Notes under the pieces: model-generated | What the model was told of the DNA's origin: nothing | Databases searched by the model: none | What the model saw: only the letters and a program-made list of their open reading frames with translations | Assembly: GCA_025603075.1 (NCBI GenBank) | Contig: MU626280.1 | Span: forward strand, 62,001-126,000 | Direction: 5' to 3' | Length of the DNA stretch: 64,000 nt | Source of the DNA: Neoconidiobolus thromboides FSU 785 | Taxonomy: Eukaryota > Fungi > Entomophthoromycota | Shown: positions 54,379 to 64,000 of the stretch, in pieces | How positions within the stretch are numbered: position 1 is the stretch's first letter | Layout: the number at the start of each line of letters is the position of its first letter | Position numbers and translations under genes: made by a program

Positions 54379-55052
54379 TTAAGGAATAGTAATCTGAGGC
54401 CTTTGAGCAAACCTTTCAACATGATCCCCGCCCTGGTTAAATTGGGGGAATACAACATAGCCAGGTAAATTAGCAACTAAGAGTTCTGGACCAGTTATGG
54501 TCCCACTTGGATTACCACCAGTAATTTCAATATCAATACAATTCATGTACCACTCACGATTACCAACATTATTAATCCAATTGAAGGAAAGGGTAGCGTT
54601 TTTAGCTGGTCGAGCACCAACTGGTATTGGAATGTCAAAATTTAATGTGTCTAACATGCAGCGAGTAAACACGTCTTTAATTACTACCCATTTTTGCTGA
54701 TCATATGAGATTGCAAATTGGCAATGGCCGCCATCATGTATAGCTCCACCGGTCATTGTGAGCTTGATGGTATCACCCGCCTTGAAGGATGCTTGTACCG
54801 GGCCTTTGGGATATCCCTTACATGGATAAGGTTTATCGAACCTATCCTGTAAAAATGTCAAATTTAAATAAAACGAAAGTGAGAACTTAAGCTTACCATG
54901 CTCCCGAGTGGCGCTAAATTACTATAATCTACCATCCCTATAGACTTATAGTATGGAGAAAATTTAGAGTATCTGGGGTAGGGATAAGATACCTCCATAT
55001 GAGCAAAGGAAGTACTTAAAAATATTATTACTAACAAGGATTTAATAAACAT
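54379..55052 (-). CDS. Secreted AA11-like lytic polysaccharide monooxygenase (chitin-active family), 2 exons
   Basis: Signal peptide ending SFA then His1 (HMEVSYPYPR); PYPCKG; GGAIHDGGHCQFAISY; WINNVGNREWYMNCIDI. Confidence 0.85.
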
Positions 55053-55097
55053 TGTTTAAGGAAGTGATTTGAAATTTTATCTGGGCAATTTTGTTAC

Positions 55098-55107
55098 TTT
55101 ATATACC
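55098..55107 (-). promoter_or_regulatory. TATA box of the LPMO gene
   Basis: GGTATATAAA on the minus strand, ending 46 bp upstream of the ATG. Confidence 0.5.
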
Positions 55108-56482
55108 TTTCAAAATTACATATTGATTCACTTATAGAGGACTAACTATGACATTAAGGTTCAGTTTAATAAGATTCCTAAATTTGTCTTAATGGTGTTC
55201 TTAAAACTATTAAAATATGTCAAATGATGAGGCATTTATTGATATGATAAAATATAACACAGTGTAAATGAATCATCTGTAATATCAATTGACATAGTTT
55301 AATATATTATAATTTATTTATATAAATGTGCTATTACAACACTTATTGTTTTTTAACTGTCTTTTCCATAATTCTTCTACCACAGGTATTAAATATAAGA
55401 AATGTAAGCTTAGCTTTAGATATTACATTGCTTTCATATAGAGCTAAGTTGTATATAAATAAAGCTGTAGTTTAGAATATTGTAGGCTACTCTTAGCTAT
55501 TTGTTCTAAATCATATATAATTAAAATAAAATGATACTTAATGTATCAGGAAATAAATCAGAAGCGAGACTTAAGTAATATCAAATAAATCATTGACATT
55601 TCTGAAATTAAACCCAATACTTTAATATAAGGCACATATCACATTTTAAAGTAAGATTAGGAATTAAGTAAGAATCAAGGATAAATGTTAATTTAATAAT
55701 GCTATTCGTTAAATTTTAAATATCTTTTATAACTATCCACTATAAAAATCAATGACAAGCAATAAGAGCTATCATTTGATTTAAAAAACTGGTTGAGTTT
55801 TATTGTTTTATTATTTTACTATTTTACTATTTTACTTCATTCATAGATAATTGATACCTATTTCCCGATTTATTTAACATTTAATAATATAGTAAATTAT
55901 CTTCTGGTTGGAGATTGTATACTAATGGCGAAGTCTATTCGGAAATCAACAAAAGTCGAAAGTTAGATATTTAATATCCACTACATGATGCAAGTAGGAT
56001 AGCCCATGTTAATTTACCTATTTTTTAAACATTTTAATATTTAAGATGGACTTGTTTTGCATATTCTGTTTAAATTATTTATTTAATAATTCGACAACGT
56101 TGACCATTTGTAATGTCATTGATACTTTATGGAACCATTGTAATTATTAATAGCTAAAGGATTTATTATAAGCTTTATCAACTAAAACAAAATTTAAATT
56201 TACATCATTCTTGGTGTCCTTATAAACACAGTATTGTAGTTTAAACTAGCATTACACCTCTTTTGCAATAATTTAGTTGTCCTTTTTGTTTAGGCAAAAT
56301 TTTTAATAGTGAACTTTAAGTTTTTGAAATTGCCACTAAAAATGTTCTTCGACTTTTTAGGCAATTAAGCAATTGGAAAAAAATGATTTTAAAGTTTAGT
56401 TAAGTACCGAAGCTACTAAAGGAAAGTATTTATAGTTTATTATAAGCATATTAGCGTTATTTGAAAATAAACTTTCTAAACC

Positions 56483-58423
56483 ATGTCGAAAGAACTTGAA
56501 ATAATAAATTATTTATTTACAAACAATAAAATCAATAAAGTTAAAATAAAACGAGAATGTAATAGTCAACTAAAATTAGAGATAAGGAAACTAGAACATA
56601 GAGTGAAAGAACTAGAAGCACAGGTATTCAATATATTTAACTTGGTTGAAGCTTTGGGTTCTTTTATTGATAATAATTTATTTCAATTATGTCCAAAATC
56701 ATTTTTTCAGCATAAAAATACGGTCTTGGAATTGAAAAAATATTTAAAATGGGTTGCAAAGATGTTTAAATATAAGAATTTAGACAATTCAGAAGATCAA
56801 GCTTATTTAGATGAGTGCAGTATAAAAATGAAAACAAATCTTTTTTTGATCGAGGAATACATTGGTAGTCAATTTTTTGAGTTTTCTAATTTTACAAATT
56901 TAAGGAATCGAGCTGGAAGAGGGGCAGAACATGTTGGAACTTTACCAACTATTTTCGATTACGGATCGTTTTTAGAAATTAGTATACAACTACATGACTG
57001 CTTCGCTTATGGCTATGGTATTCACTTTAAACCTAACGAATTAATTCCATATATAAAACAATTAAAACCAAATTTCATATCAAGAGTACTAATTACTTCA
57101 CTAAGCTTTGGCTATTCATTTTTACCGGGTTGTGAATTTGAAGAAATTTATCATACGTGTTTAAATAGCATGGTCCCACTGATTTCCGAAGCTTGTGATA
57201 ATTCTAGTTTTGAAAGCCTTAAAGCATTATGCTTATTATATGATGTTTCTTTAGTGCAGGGCAATCATAGTTTATCTCATCGGATTCTAAGTTCAATTGT
57301 AAGAATGTCATACATATTAGGAATCGATAAATTGAGAATCGATGAAATAGATTCTAAGAGCAAAAGTGGAGATAATCCTATTATTAAATTAAAGAATCTA
57401 TGGTCGTGGATTGTCATTTCTTGCAAAATCAATGAAGTATTCTATGACACTTTACCTCTCATTAGAGAATACGACCTATCGGAATCAGAACCTATTTACT
57501 ATTTAAATATAAATCAATTAGATAAAACCGACAATGAAATAAAAGACTGCAAAGAAGTCTTTTCAGTGCATACAATTCAAGAAGGCTTGATGCTTTCATT
57601 AATATTTGACCATCTTGTGAAAAACACAAAAGGGATTAATGACATGAGTTGTGTTCCATATTCCAAATCAATTTTACCAGGCGACAAGTTCAACCTTATT
57701 CAAGGGTATTTTAGTGAATATCAGAGGAGCTCATCTAAGTCATTGGCCGCTATTATTAACAATAGCAATAAAGCTATAAATTTAGACCATCATTTATGTA
57801 GTTTCCCCAATAACTATTGTTGCACATTTAAAACAATTCACGAAATTACAAAAAGTTTATCAATTTATATTTATCAGCTATTTATAATGTACCCAACTAT
57901 GATCAAGGTTCCTAGTCAAGTGGATATTCCACTAAGTTACGTACCGACTTTGTTGGAATCTTCATTAAAAACAATATTAATATTTAGAGCTTTAACTTTT
58001 GTATACTTTAAGGAGTTAGTAGAGAAAATGGACTCAAATAACTTACAAAATCAGCAGGTATTTAGGGCAATTACCAACTATTTAGAAAATCGTTCTGATC
58101 CTATTATCAAAGATAACAAATCCATATACTTGACAACAACTCGACTTGTAGGATTCAAATACCCAATATTTGCTGCTAATACTTTATTGCAAGTGCTTTC
58201 TTCTCCCTATATTCTTACTTCAGGCTTAATTAGTAACGAAGTTATTCATACAATTGAAACAAATATTATTGAGCTACTTGAAATATATAAATTGATCACG
58301 AAACTCACCAGAGATAATGATAGGATGGATATAGACTATGCTCTTACTAGACTGAAATCAGCTATCAATTCTTCTGAGCTACCTAGGAGCTATAAAACTG
58401 CATTTAATGACGTGCTTTGCTAA
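56483..58423 (+). CDS. Fungal transcription-factor middle-homology (Fungal_trans-like) protein without Zn2Cys6 cluster, intronless
   Basis: Coiled coil RKLEHRVKELEAQV; ESLKALCLLY...SHRILSSIVRMSYILGIDK...KNLWSWIV...D.LPLI resembles the Fungal_trans region. Confidence 0.6.
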   Translation: MSKELEIINYLFTNNKINKVKIKRECNSQLKLEIRKLEHRVKELEAQVFNIFNLVEALGSFIDNNLFQLCPKSFFQHKNTVLELKKYLKWVAKMFKYKNLDNSEDQAYLDECSIKMKTNLFLIEEYIGSQFFEFSNFTNLRNRAGRGAEHVGTLPTIFDYGSFLEISIQLHDCFAYGYGIHFKPNELIPYIKQLKPNFISRVLITSLSFGYSFLPGCEFEEIYHTCLNSMVPLISEACDNSSFESLKALCLLYDVSLVQGNHSLSHRILSSIVRMSYILGIDKLRIDEIDSKSKSGDNPIIKLKNLWSWIVISCKINEVFYDTLPLIREYDLSESEPIYYLNINQLDKTDNEIKDCKEVFSVHTIQEGLMLSLIFDHLVKNTKGINDMSCVPYSKSILPGDKFNLIQGYFSEYQRSSSKSLAAIINNSNKAINLDHHLCSFPNNYCCTFKTIHEITKSLSIYIYQLFIMYPTMIKVPSQVDIPLSYVPTLLESSLKTILIFRALTFVYFKELVEKMDSNNLQNQQVFRAITNYLENRSDPIIKDNKSIYLTTTRLVGFKYPIFAANTLLQVLSSPYILTSGLISNEVIHTIETNIIELLEIYKLITKLTRDNDRMDIDYALTRLKSAINSSELPRSYKTAFNDVLC

Positions 58424-59506
58424 ATAGTTTGAATACCTCTACTTGATAAATCATGATATTTAAATAACTATATTTCGTATATTACTAGTGGTATAAAATT
58501 AGTTATTTAATTTTCATTTTATTGATAAATTTTATATTTATAACTTGTACGTTTATAGTTTTATGTATTTATTATACATCTTTTTATAATCAATTCAAAG
58601 TCTAAAACAATAGAGCAGAAGCTGCTATCCATATACCATAGTTTAAACATTGAACCATTTGAATTTTATTTAGAAAATGAATACATATACATTCTTGTCA
58701 AGATTGTCTGAATGCTTTTCGAAAAATGTCTAATTTTGATAAATGTATATTTTGCTAGTTTTATATCTAATCTAACATTAGAATTTCCTTTACTTTGCTT
58801 CAAGCACTTGACTGCATATAGGATAATTTACCAGTAAAAAGGAATAAGGAGTAGTAAGTATATACTCAAACTTTGACTCCATTTAATTTAAATTAAAACA
58901 AAAAGTAGTTACTTCAAGGTTTGAGAAAGAAGCTAAAACAAGTAGAAACTCAGGAAAAAGAATAGATGGGAATGTTTCTTATCTATTACTCTTTGTTTTT
59001 AAAATTTGGAAATTATTTAACCAATGCAGCTGTCTAAGTTCAAATGTGCACTGAAAAATAATGAATTTTATAGCTAGCTATTTACTTTATTATACTGATT
59101 TGAAGATTACTAGCTTTGTTTTATTTCAAAATCAGCAGTTAACTAGCATACATCCAAGCTTAAATAGTATACTGATTAATTAATCTCTAAATTTAAAAAA
59201 TAGCAAAAAACAATTGGTAAAAAATGTCCTTAAATACATGATTAATTATGATTTATTTTATGAAACCTTATTCATATATAATATGATTATTAAATATAAT
59301 AATATTTTATTTTATAATTATTATTGTTTTTTGACAAAACTTTAGTTTATTGCTTTTATTTAGAATTTAAAATTTTTAATACATAATTTTTAGATATTCA
59401 GTAATGAAAAAAGGATATTGAGCAGCTTTAAAAATGTGTTATATACACTTTGAAAATTATAAGCTAAAAAATTATTATAGTTTAGATAATTCAAAATGGG
59501 TGATAT

Positions 59507-59604
59507 GGGGATGTATTTTTGTGTTTAAGAAATTTGCTAAGAAATTTTCCACTTAAATAGCGCTTAAAAAATGAAAAAAGTAATGAAGTCAAAAAAACAC
59601 TCCC
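59507..59604. mobile_element. MITE family copy 15
   Basis: GGGGATGT...ACACTCCC; TSD ATAT/ATAT. Confidence 0.85.
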
Positions 59605-59846
59605 ATATTATTATCAAAGTTTAAATTTATATCATTGCTATTAATGCTTATATCAAAAAATTTAATTAATTTAACTAAATTAGAATTACTAATCACTGTT
59701 TTGATATTTTTATTATAGTATATAAAATTATATATTTTAGTTGTTTTAATTTGGTTTAAATATTTTTCAATTTGTTTTCATAGTTTATTTAAACTAGTTC
59801 TTTTGGCTTTATTAATTTAACAATATTATTACTATCTTTAATATAT

Positions 59847-59943
59847 AGGGGTATCTCTTTGTATTTAAGAATTTTACTAACAATCTTTCCACTTAAATAG
59901 TGTTTAAAAAATGGAAAAATAATGAAATCAAAAAAACATCCCC
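59847..59943. mobile_element. MITE family copy 16
   Basis: AGGGGTAT...ACATCCCC; TSD ATAT/ATAT. Confidence 0.85.
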
Positions 59944-59980
59944 ATATCATAGCTGTTATTGCTTAAATTTATGTTTACAT

Positions 59981-60079
59981 AGGAATGTTTTTTTTGGGTT
60001 GATTACTTTTTCCATTTTTTAAGCACTATTTAAGTGGAAAGATTGTTAGTAAAATTCTTAAATACAAAAATACATCCCC
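59981..60079. mobile_element. MITE family copy 17 (inverted relative to copy 16)
   Basis: AGGAATGT...ACATCCCC; flanks ACAT/ATAT. Confidence 0.85.
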
Positions 60080-60569
60080 ATATGATACCATATCATATGA
60101 TACTATTACACCTATAGTTAATACACTCTCTTATATATCAATCTAAGCTAAATATGTAGTAGTTATTATAACAGTAAATTTTGTTAGCTAACACATATTT
60201 AGTGTAACTAATTTTACTAGTTTAAAAATATTTACATTAAGATTAATTTAATTCAAACATATAAAAGTTTAAAATGTGTATAAAATACGAAGATCAAGCA
60301 AGTACATATTATATACCAGTTCAGATTTAATGTTTTTTTGCATTAATTGGTATGTGATATTAGGAATAACAATGACTTTAGGGCCATTAAACGGATTATT
60401 CCAAAGTCCTATTGTTTTTAATTATTAATGAAATTTAATACTAACTATAAAGTATTTTTGAAGTAAATGCTAAGAAAATTAAAAAATTTGGTTGCTTTTT
60501 AGAATTGAATATTTATTATCAAATTAAACTTTCATTTGGAAATAAAATGTAGTAATTTAGAAAACAAAT

Positions 60570-60671
60570 GGGGATGTATATATTTTTATATTTAAGAATT
60601 TTACTAATAAATTTTCTACTCAAATAGCGCTTAAAAATGAAAAAAGTAATAAAGTCAAAAAAAACACTCAC
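60570..60671. mobile_element. MITE family copy 18
   Basis: GGGGATGT...ACACTCAC; TSD AAAT/AAAT. Confidence 0.8.
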
Positions 60672-61024
60672 AAATTATCATATTTAGCAATTAGATAAGT
60701 TTTAAAACCTTTATAAATAACGTTATTTTTTGAACCGGTTAACATTGTTTTCCTCAAAATTAATCGACTTATAATGCTTTAAAATAACTATTTTGCTATC
60801 ATAACCTTACCAATCCGCTATTAGTTGCTTATAAACTTTGAGTTGAGTTGTTCAAATATTACTTCAATTGTTTAAGTAGATTTTTTTCCAATTACTCATT
60901 GATTTTAAGCTGGAAAATAATTTTATGGGATATTTCGAAAAATCCAACTTTTTTAATTCACACTAAAAATTGACTAATTGAAAAAATAAATTGATATTTT
61001 AATAGAATTAAAAAATACATTATA

Positions 61025-61774
61025 ATGTTAAAATCCGTAGTTACTATAAGATCTCAATTAACTAAGGTAAATAACAAATAAGAGATAGTTTTAATAAGAA
61101 AGTTCAATTTTAATTTTTAAATAATCTAGATTAACAAACCTTTATTAACAAAATGGAACTTGAATGGTAATTTAATTCGAGTATAAAACAAAGTTAATTA
61201 AACTAACCTTTTCAATATTTAGTTAATACTGTATCAAAGCCATTGTATCAATCATTAAATCATTTAGCCACTGCATCTACATCTTCAACAATAGAAAAGA
61301 GTAACATTCAATTGATTCAATAATCTGTAAAAATATTAATTGATTTAACTAGCTCCTTTACCATCTTCATCCAGTACCAACGCTATCAATTTCAGTCATG
61401 AAACCAAACAATTAATTAACAAACTTCGTTCACAAAACAAATACTATGCAGTCTTAAAAATCAAGGGAAAACGATATACAGTCACCGAAAATGATACCAT
61501 TGTATTAGGCTATTCATCCGAATTAAAATTAGGAGATAAATTAAGAATGGAACAAGTTACGGAATTAGGTAGTAAAGATTATTCCATTATTGGTGCTCCT
61601 TTTGTAAGTGAGAAATTGTATGAGATTGAAGGTACAGTGGTAGAGCACACTCAAGGACCTGAGATTAATATTGTTAAGTTTAAAAAAAGAAAAGGATATC
61701 GTAGAGAATATAATTATAGAAATCATTATACTTTGATTAAAGTTAGTAAATTAGAAGTTAATAAAATGGAGTAG
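61025..61774 (+). CDS. MRPL49: Mitochondrial ribosomal protein bL21m (4 exons)
   Basis: Presequence-like MLKSVVTIRSQLTK; YAVLKIKGKRYTVTENDTI...GDKLRMEQV..LGSKDYSIIGAP...VVEHTQG..INIVKFKKRKGYRR. Confidence 0.92.
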
Positions 61775-62024
61775 AGAATGAAATAAAAACAAAATCAGTT
61801 TATATTATAGCATGATGTTAATGTTATATTTATGATTTTTTATTTTAGTAATATTGATAGACTACTTTAATTATTATTATTACAATACTAATAAAAATGA
61901 ATTATTGAATCCCCTTAAAGGGGTAAAAGCTAAAATATGGGGTAAAATAGAAAGGGGGTAGATAACGAAAAAGTATATAAACAATCAAAGTTAAAAACTT
62001 ATTAAACTCTATATTTTGAAAATT

Positions 62025-63490
62025 ATGAAAACACTTCAACTATCTTACATTTTATTTTTAATACCAATATTAATCCCTCCAATTTTAACCTATGAATTTA
62101 ATTTAGATGAGAACCAGACTCACTATAATATCTTTTTTGCCAGTTTCACCGGAAGTCAAAGTCATGTCAAAGGTATTCTGAATTTAGGTTATGAATTACA
62201 ACAAGTAGGTCATAAATTCAGTTTACTCACCACACCAAAACGAATGAAATGGGGTAATAAATACAATATCACTAGTTATTCTATTGGAAAAGATGAGTCT
62301 ACTGCGCTATTTTCAAGAGTTAAAAAATATGAAGAAAAGAATTCAGGAGAATTTAATACAGATGACTTTTTTGCTAAAGACATTGATGAGTTAGTCATTA
62401 AGCCTTATGAGTATGCATTTATGGAATTGAAGGAAATAGTGGATAAAGAGAATCCAGATTTGATAATATGTGATTTTATAAGTGTAGTATGTATGGATAT
62501 TGCAAGTATTTTAAAAGTACCTATGATAATCACATTTCAAAGTATTGATTTTGGTAATGTTATTATTAATGACTATATTAGCTTAGTTAGTGAATATGAT
62601 AAATTAAGTATTAAAGAGATGAATATTTTTGATCGATTTTATCATTTTTTTTGGGTTAAAATTATGAAATATTATTATTATTTTCCAGTTATTAGTAAAT
62701 TGAAAGCAATGAAGAACAAGTTTAATGTCCCCTTTTCAATTGCTACTATTAAAGGAAATTTTCAACAAGGACTCATTTGGGCGAATACCTTTTGGGGTTA
62801 TGAAATACCAAGATATTTGCCACCTAATATTCAATTAATTGGCCCTATCAAAGATGCATTAGAAGATACTAAACAAGTAGAAGAAGTAGATAGATTTTTA
62901 GTAGATAAACAAAAAGTAATTTATATATCTTTTGGTACTAATTTAATATTATCCGATATAGAATTTAATTTAATTTATCAACAATTAAATCAATTAATTA
63001 AAAATAATTTAATTGATGGAGTTATATGGTCATTAACTAATACTAAATTAAGTGATAAAGATAATAAAAAAGAAAATAATAAGAAAGAAAATAATAAGAG
63101 TATATTATTTATAAATTATTTAAATCAACCGTTATTATTAAATAATAATAAAATAATATTATTTATTACTCATTCAGGATTAGAGTCTATATTTGAATCA
63201 ATACAATCAAATACACCCATGTTAAATTTGCCATTTTATTTTGATCAACCAAGGAATAGTTTTAAAAATGATAGAATTCAAATTAGCGAAACAATATTAA
63301 AATATCAACTGTTGAAAGATAATAATATATTATATGATAAGTTAAAATTAATGTTAAATAATTTAAATTATTATAAAAGTTATTTAAACTTATTAAATCA
63401 TTTAATTAAAATTAGTCAGAAAGATAATCAATTATTAATTCAAGATTTAATTAATTATATTATTTTAGCTAAAAAATGTAGAAAATTAGA

Positions 63491-63552
<62 letters not shown>

Positions 63553-63770
63553 TACATCCTTATTTCATTCCACCTTGTGAAATAGTTCCATTTCAATCTA
63601 TAAGTGATCATATTAATCCAATTATACTTCACCATTTAGATATTAAATTATTGTTATTTTTATCTTTCTTTACTTTCATTTACTTCCTTGGTAAACTAAT
63701 TATCTATATAAAATTAATATTGTTCAATTCCCAATCTAATATTACTATGGATAAAAACAAACAAGAATAA
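62025..63770 (+). CDS. UDP-glycosyltransferase (GT1), membrane-anchored, intronless
   Basis: Signal peptide; GSQSHV catalytic His region; PDLIICDF; NTFWGYEIPRYLPPNIQLIGPI; YISFGT; YLNQPLLL...FITHSGLESIFESI...PMLNLPFYFDQPRN; C-terminal TM. Confidence 0.93.
63492..63548 (+). repeat. (AAT)19 microsatellite encoding poly-Asn in the UGT
   Basis: Perfect AAT run, in frame. Confidence 0.95.
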
Positions 63771-63859
63771 AATATACATGTTCCTATTTTTAATTATAAT
63801 ATTTAATAATTTTATTTCTATATTTTTATAACAATAATAATAATAACTAATCCCCTTGT

Positions 63860-64000
63860 TTAAGCTATTATCTTTCTTTTCACAGTAAATTTCTCATCTT
63901 CATCTACTTTTTTATTTTCTATCTCACCAAAGAAATTACTAGTTTGATTAAGTTGTATATTTCTTTGTAAAAATTTTAAACCAGCTAAATTATAGCCAAT
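63860..64000 (-). CDS. 3' end of an unidentified gene (partial)
   Basis: 46 open codons IGYNLAGLKFLQRNIQLNQTSNFFGEIENKKVDEDEKFTVKRKIIA* running off the window edge, convergent with the UGT. Confidence 0.45.
   Translation of the reverse strand: MGYNLAGLKFLQRNIQLNQTSNFFGEIENKKVDEDEKFTVKRKIIA

Noticed and set aside
2443-60671. Dispersed ~98-bp repeats as a CRISPR-like array or SINE
   Set aside because: Not regularly spaced; TIRs and TSDs are present; no A/B boxes or poly-A tail. Eukaryotic context.

Overview
Very AT-rich, gene-dense eukaryotic DNA with many short (~45-60 nt) GT-AG introns. The gene set (F-box/LRR, orphan Fungal_trans, AA11-type LPMO, MTA1c p1-like gene, roadblock, UBE2T-like) suggests an early-diverging fungus, probably Entomophthoromycotina (Conidiobolus-like); this is an inference. 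I find about 27 protein-coding genes, mostly housekeeping (TRAPPC13, CENP-N/Chl4, PRP40, NC2alpha, POB3, EAF3, SSO syntaxin, ALG5, UBE2T-like, SEC8, UFD2, roadblock, AGM1/PCM1, bL21m), interspersed with intron-poor secreted or lineage-specific genes, plus one tRNA-Gly(TCC). Main highlights: (1) a ~98-bp MITE family with at least 18 intergenic copies, GGGGATGT...ACATCCCC termini and variable 4-bp AT-rich target-site duplications (Sola-like), showing CpG decay and inverted pairs; (2) a spliced gene, largely missed by the ORF track, resembling the p1 subunit of the MTA1c/AMT1 DNA N6-adenine methyltransferase complex, with an ACGCGT box upstream; (3) an intact but strongly diverged tandem duplicate of a membrane RING-H2 ligase; (4) an animal-architecture UGT and a chitin-type LPMO. 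Exon boundaries were read by eye and are approximate; homology calls come from motif recognition, not database searches.
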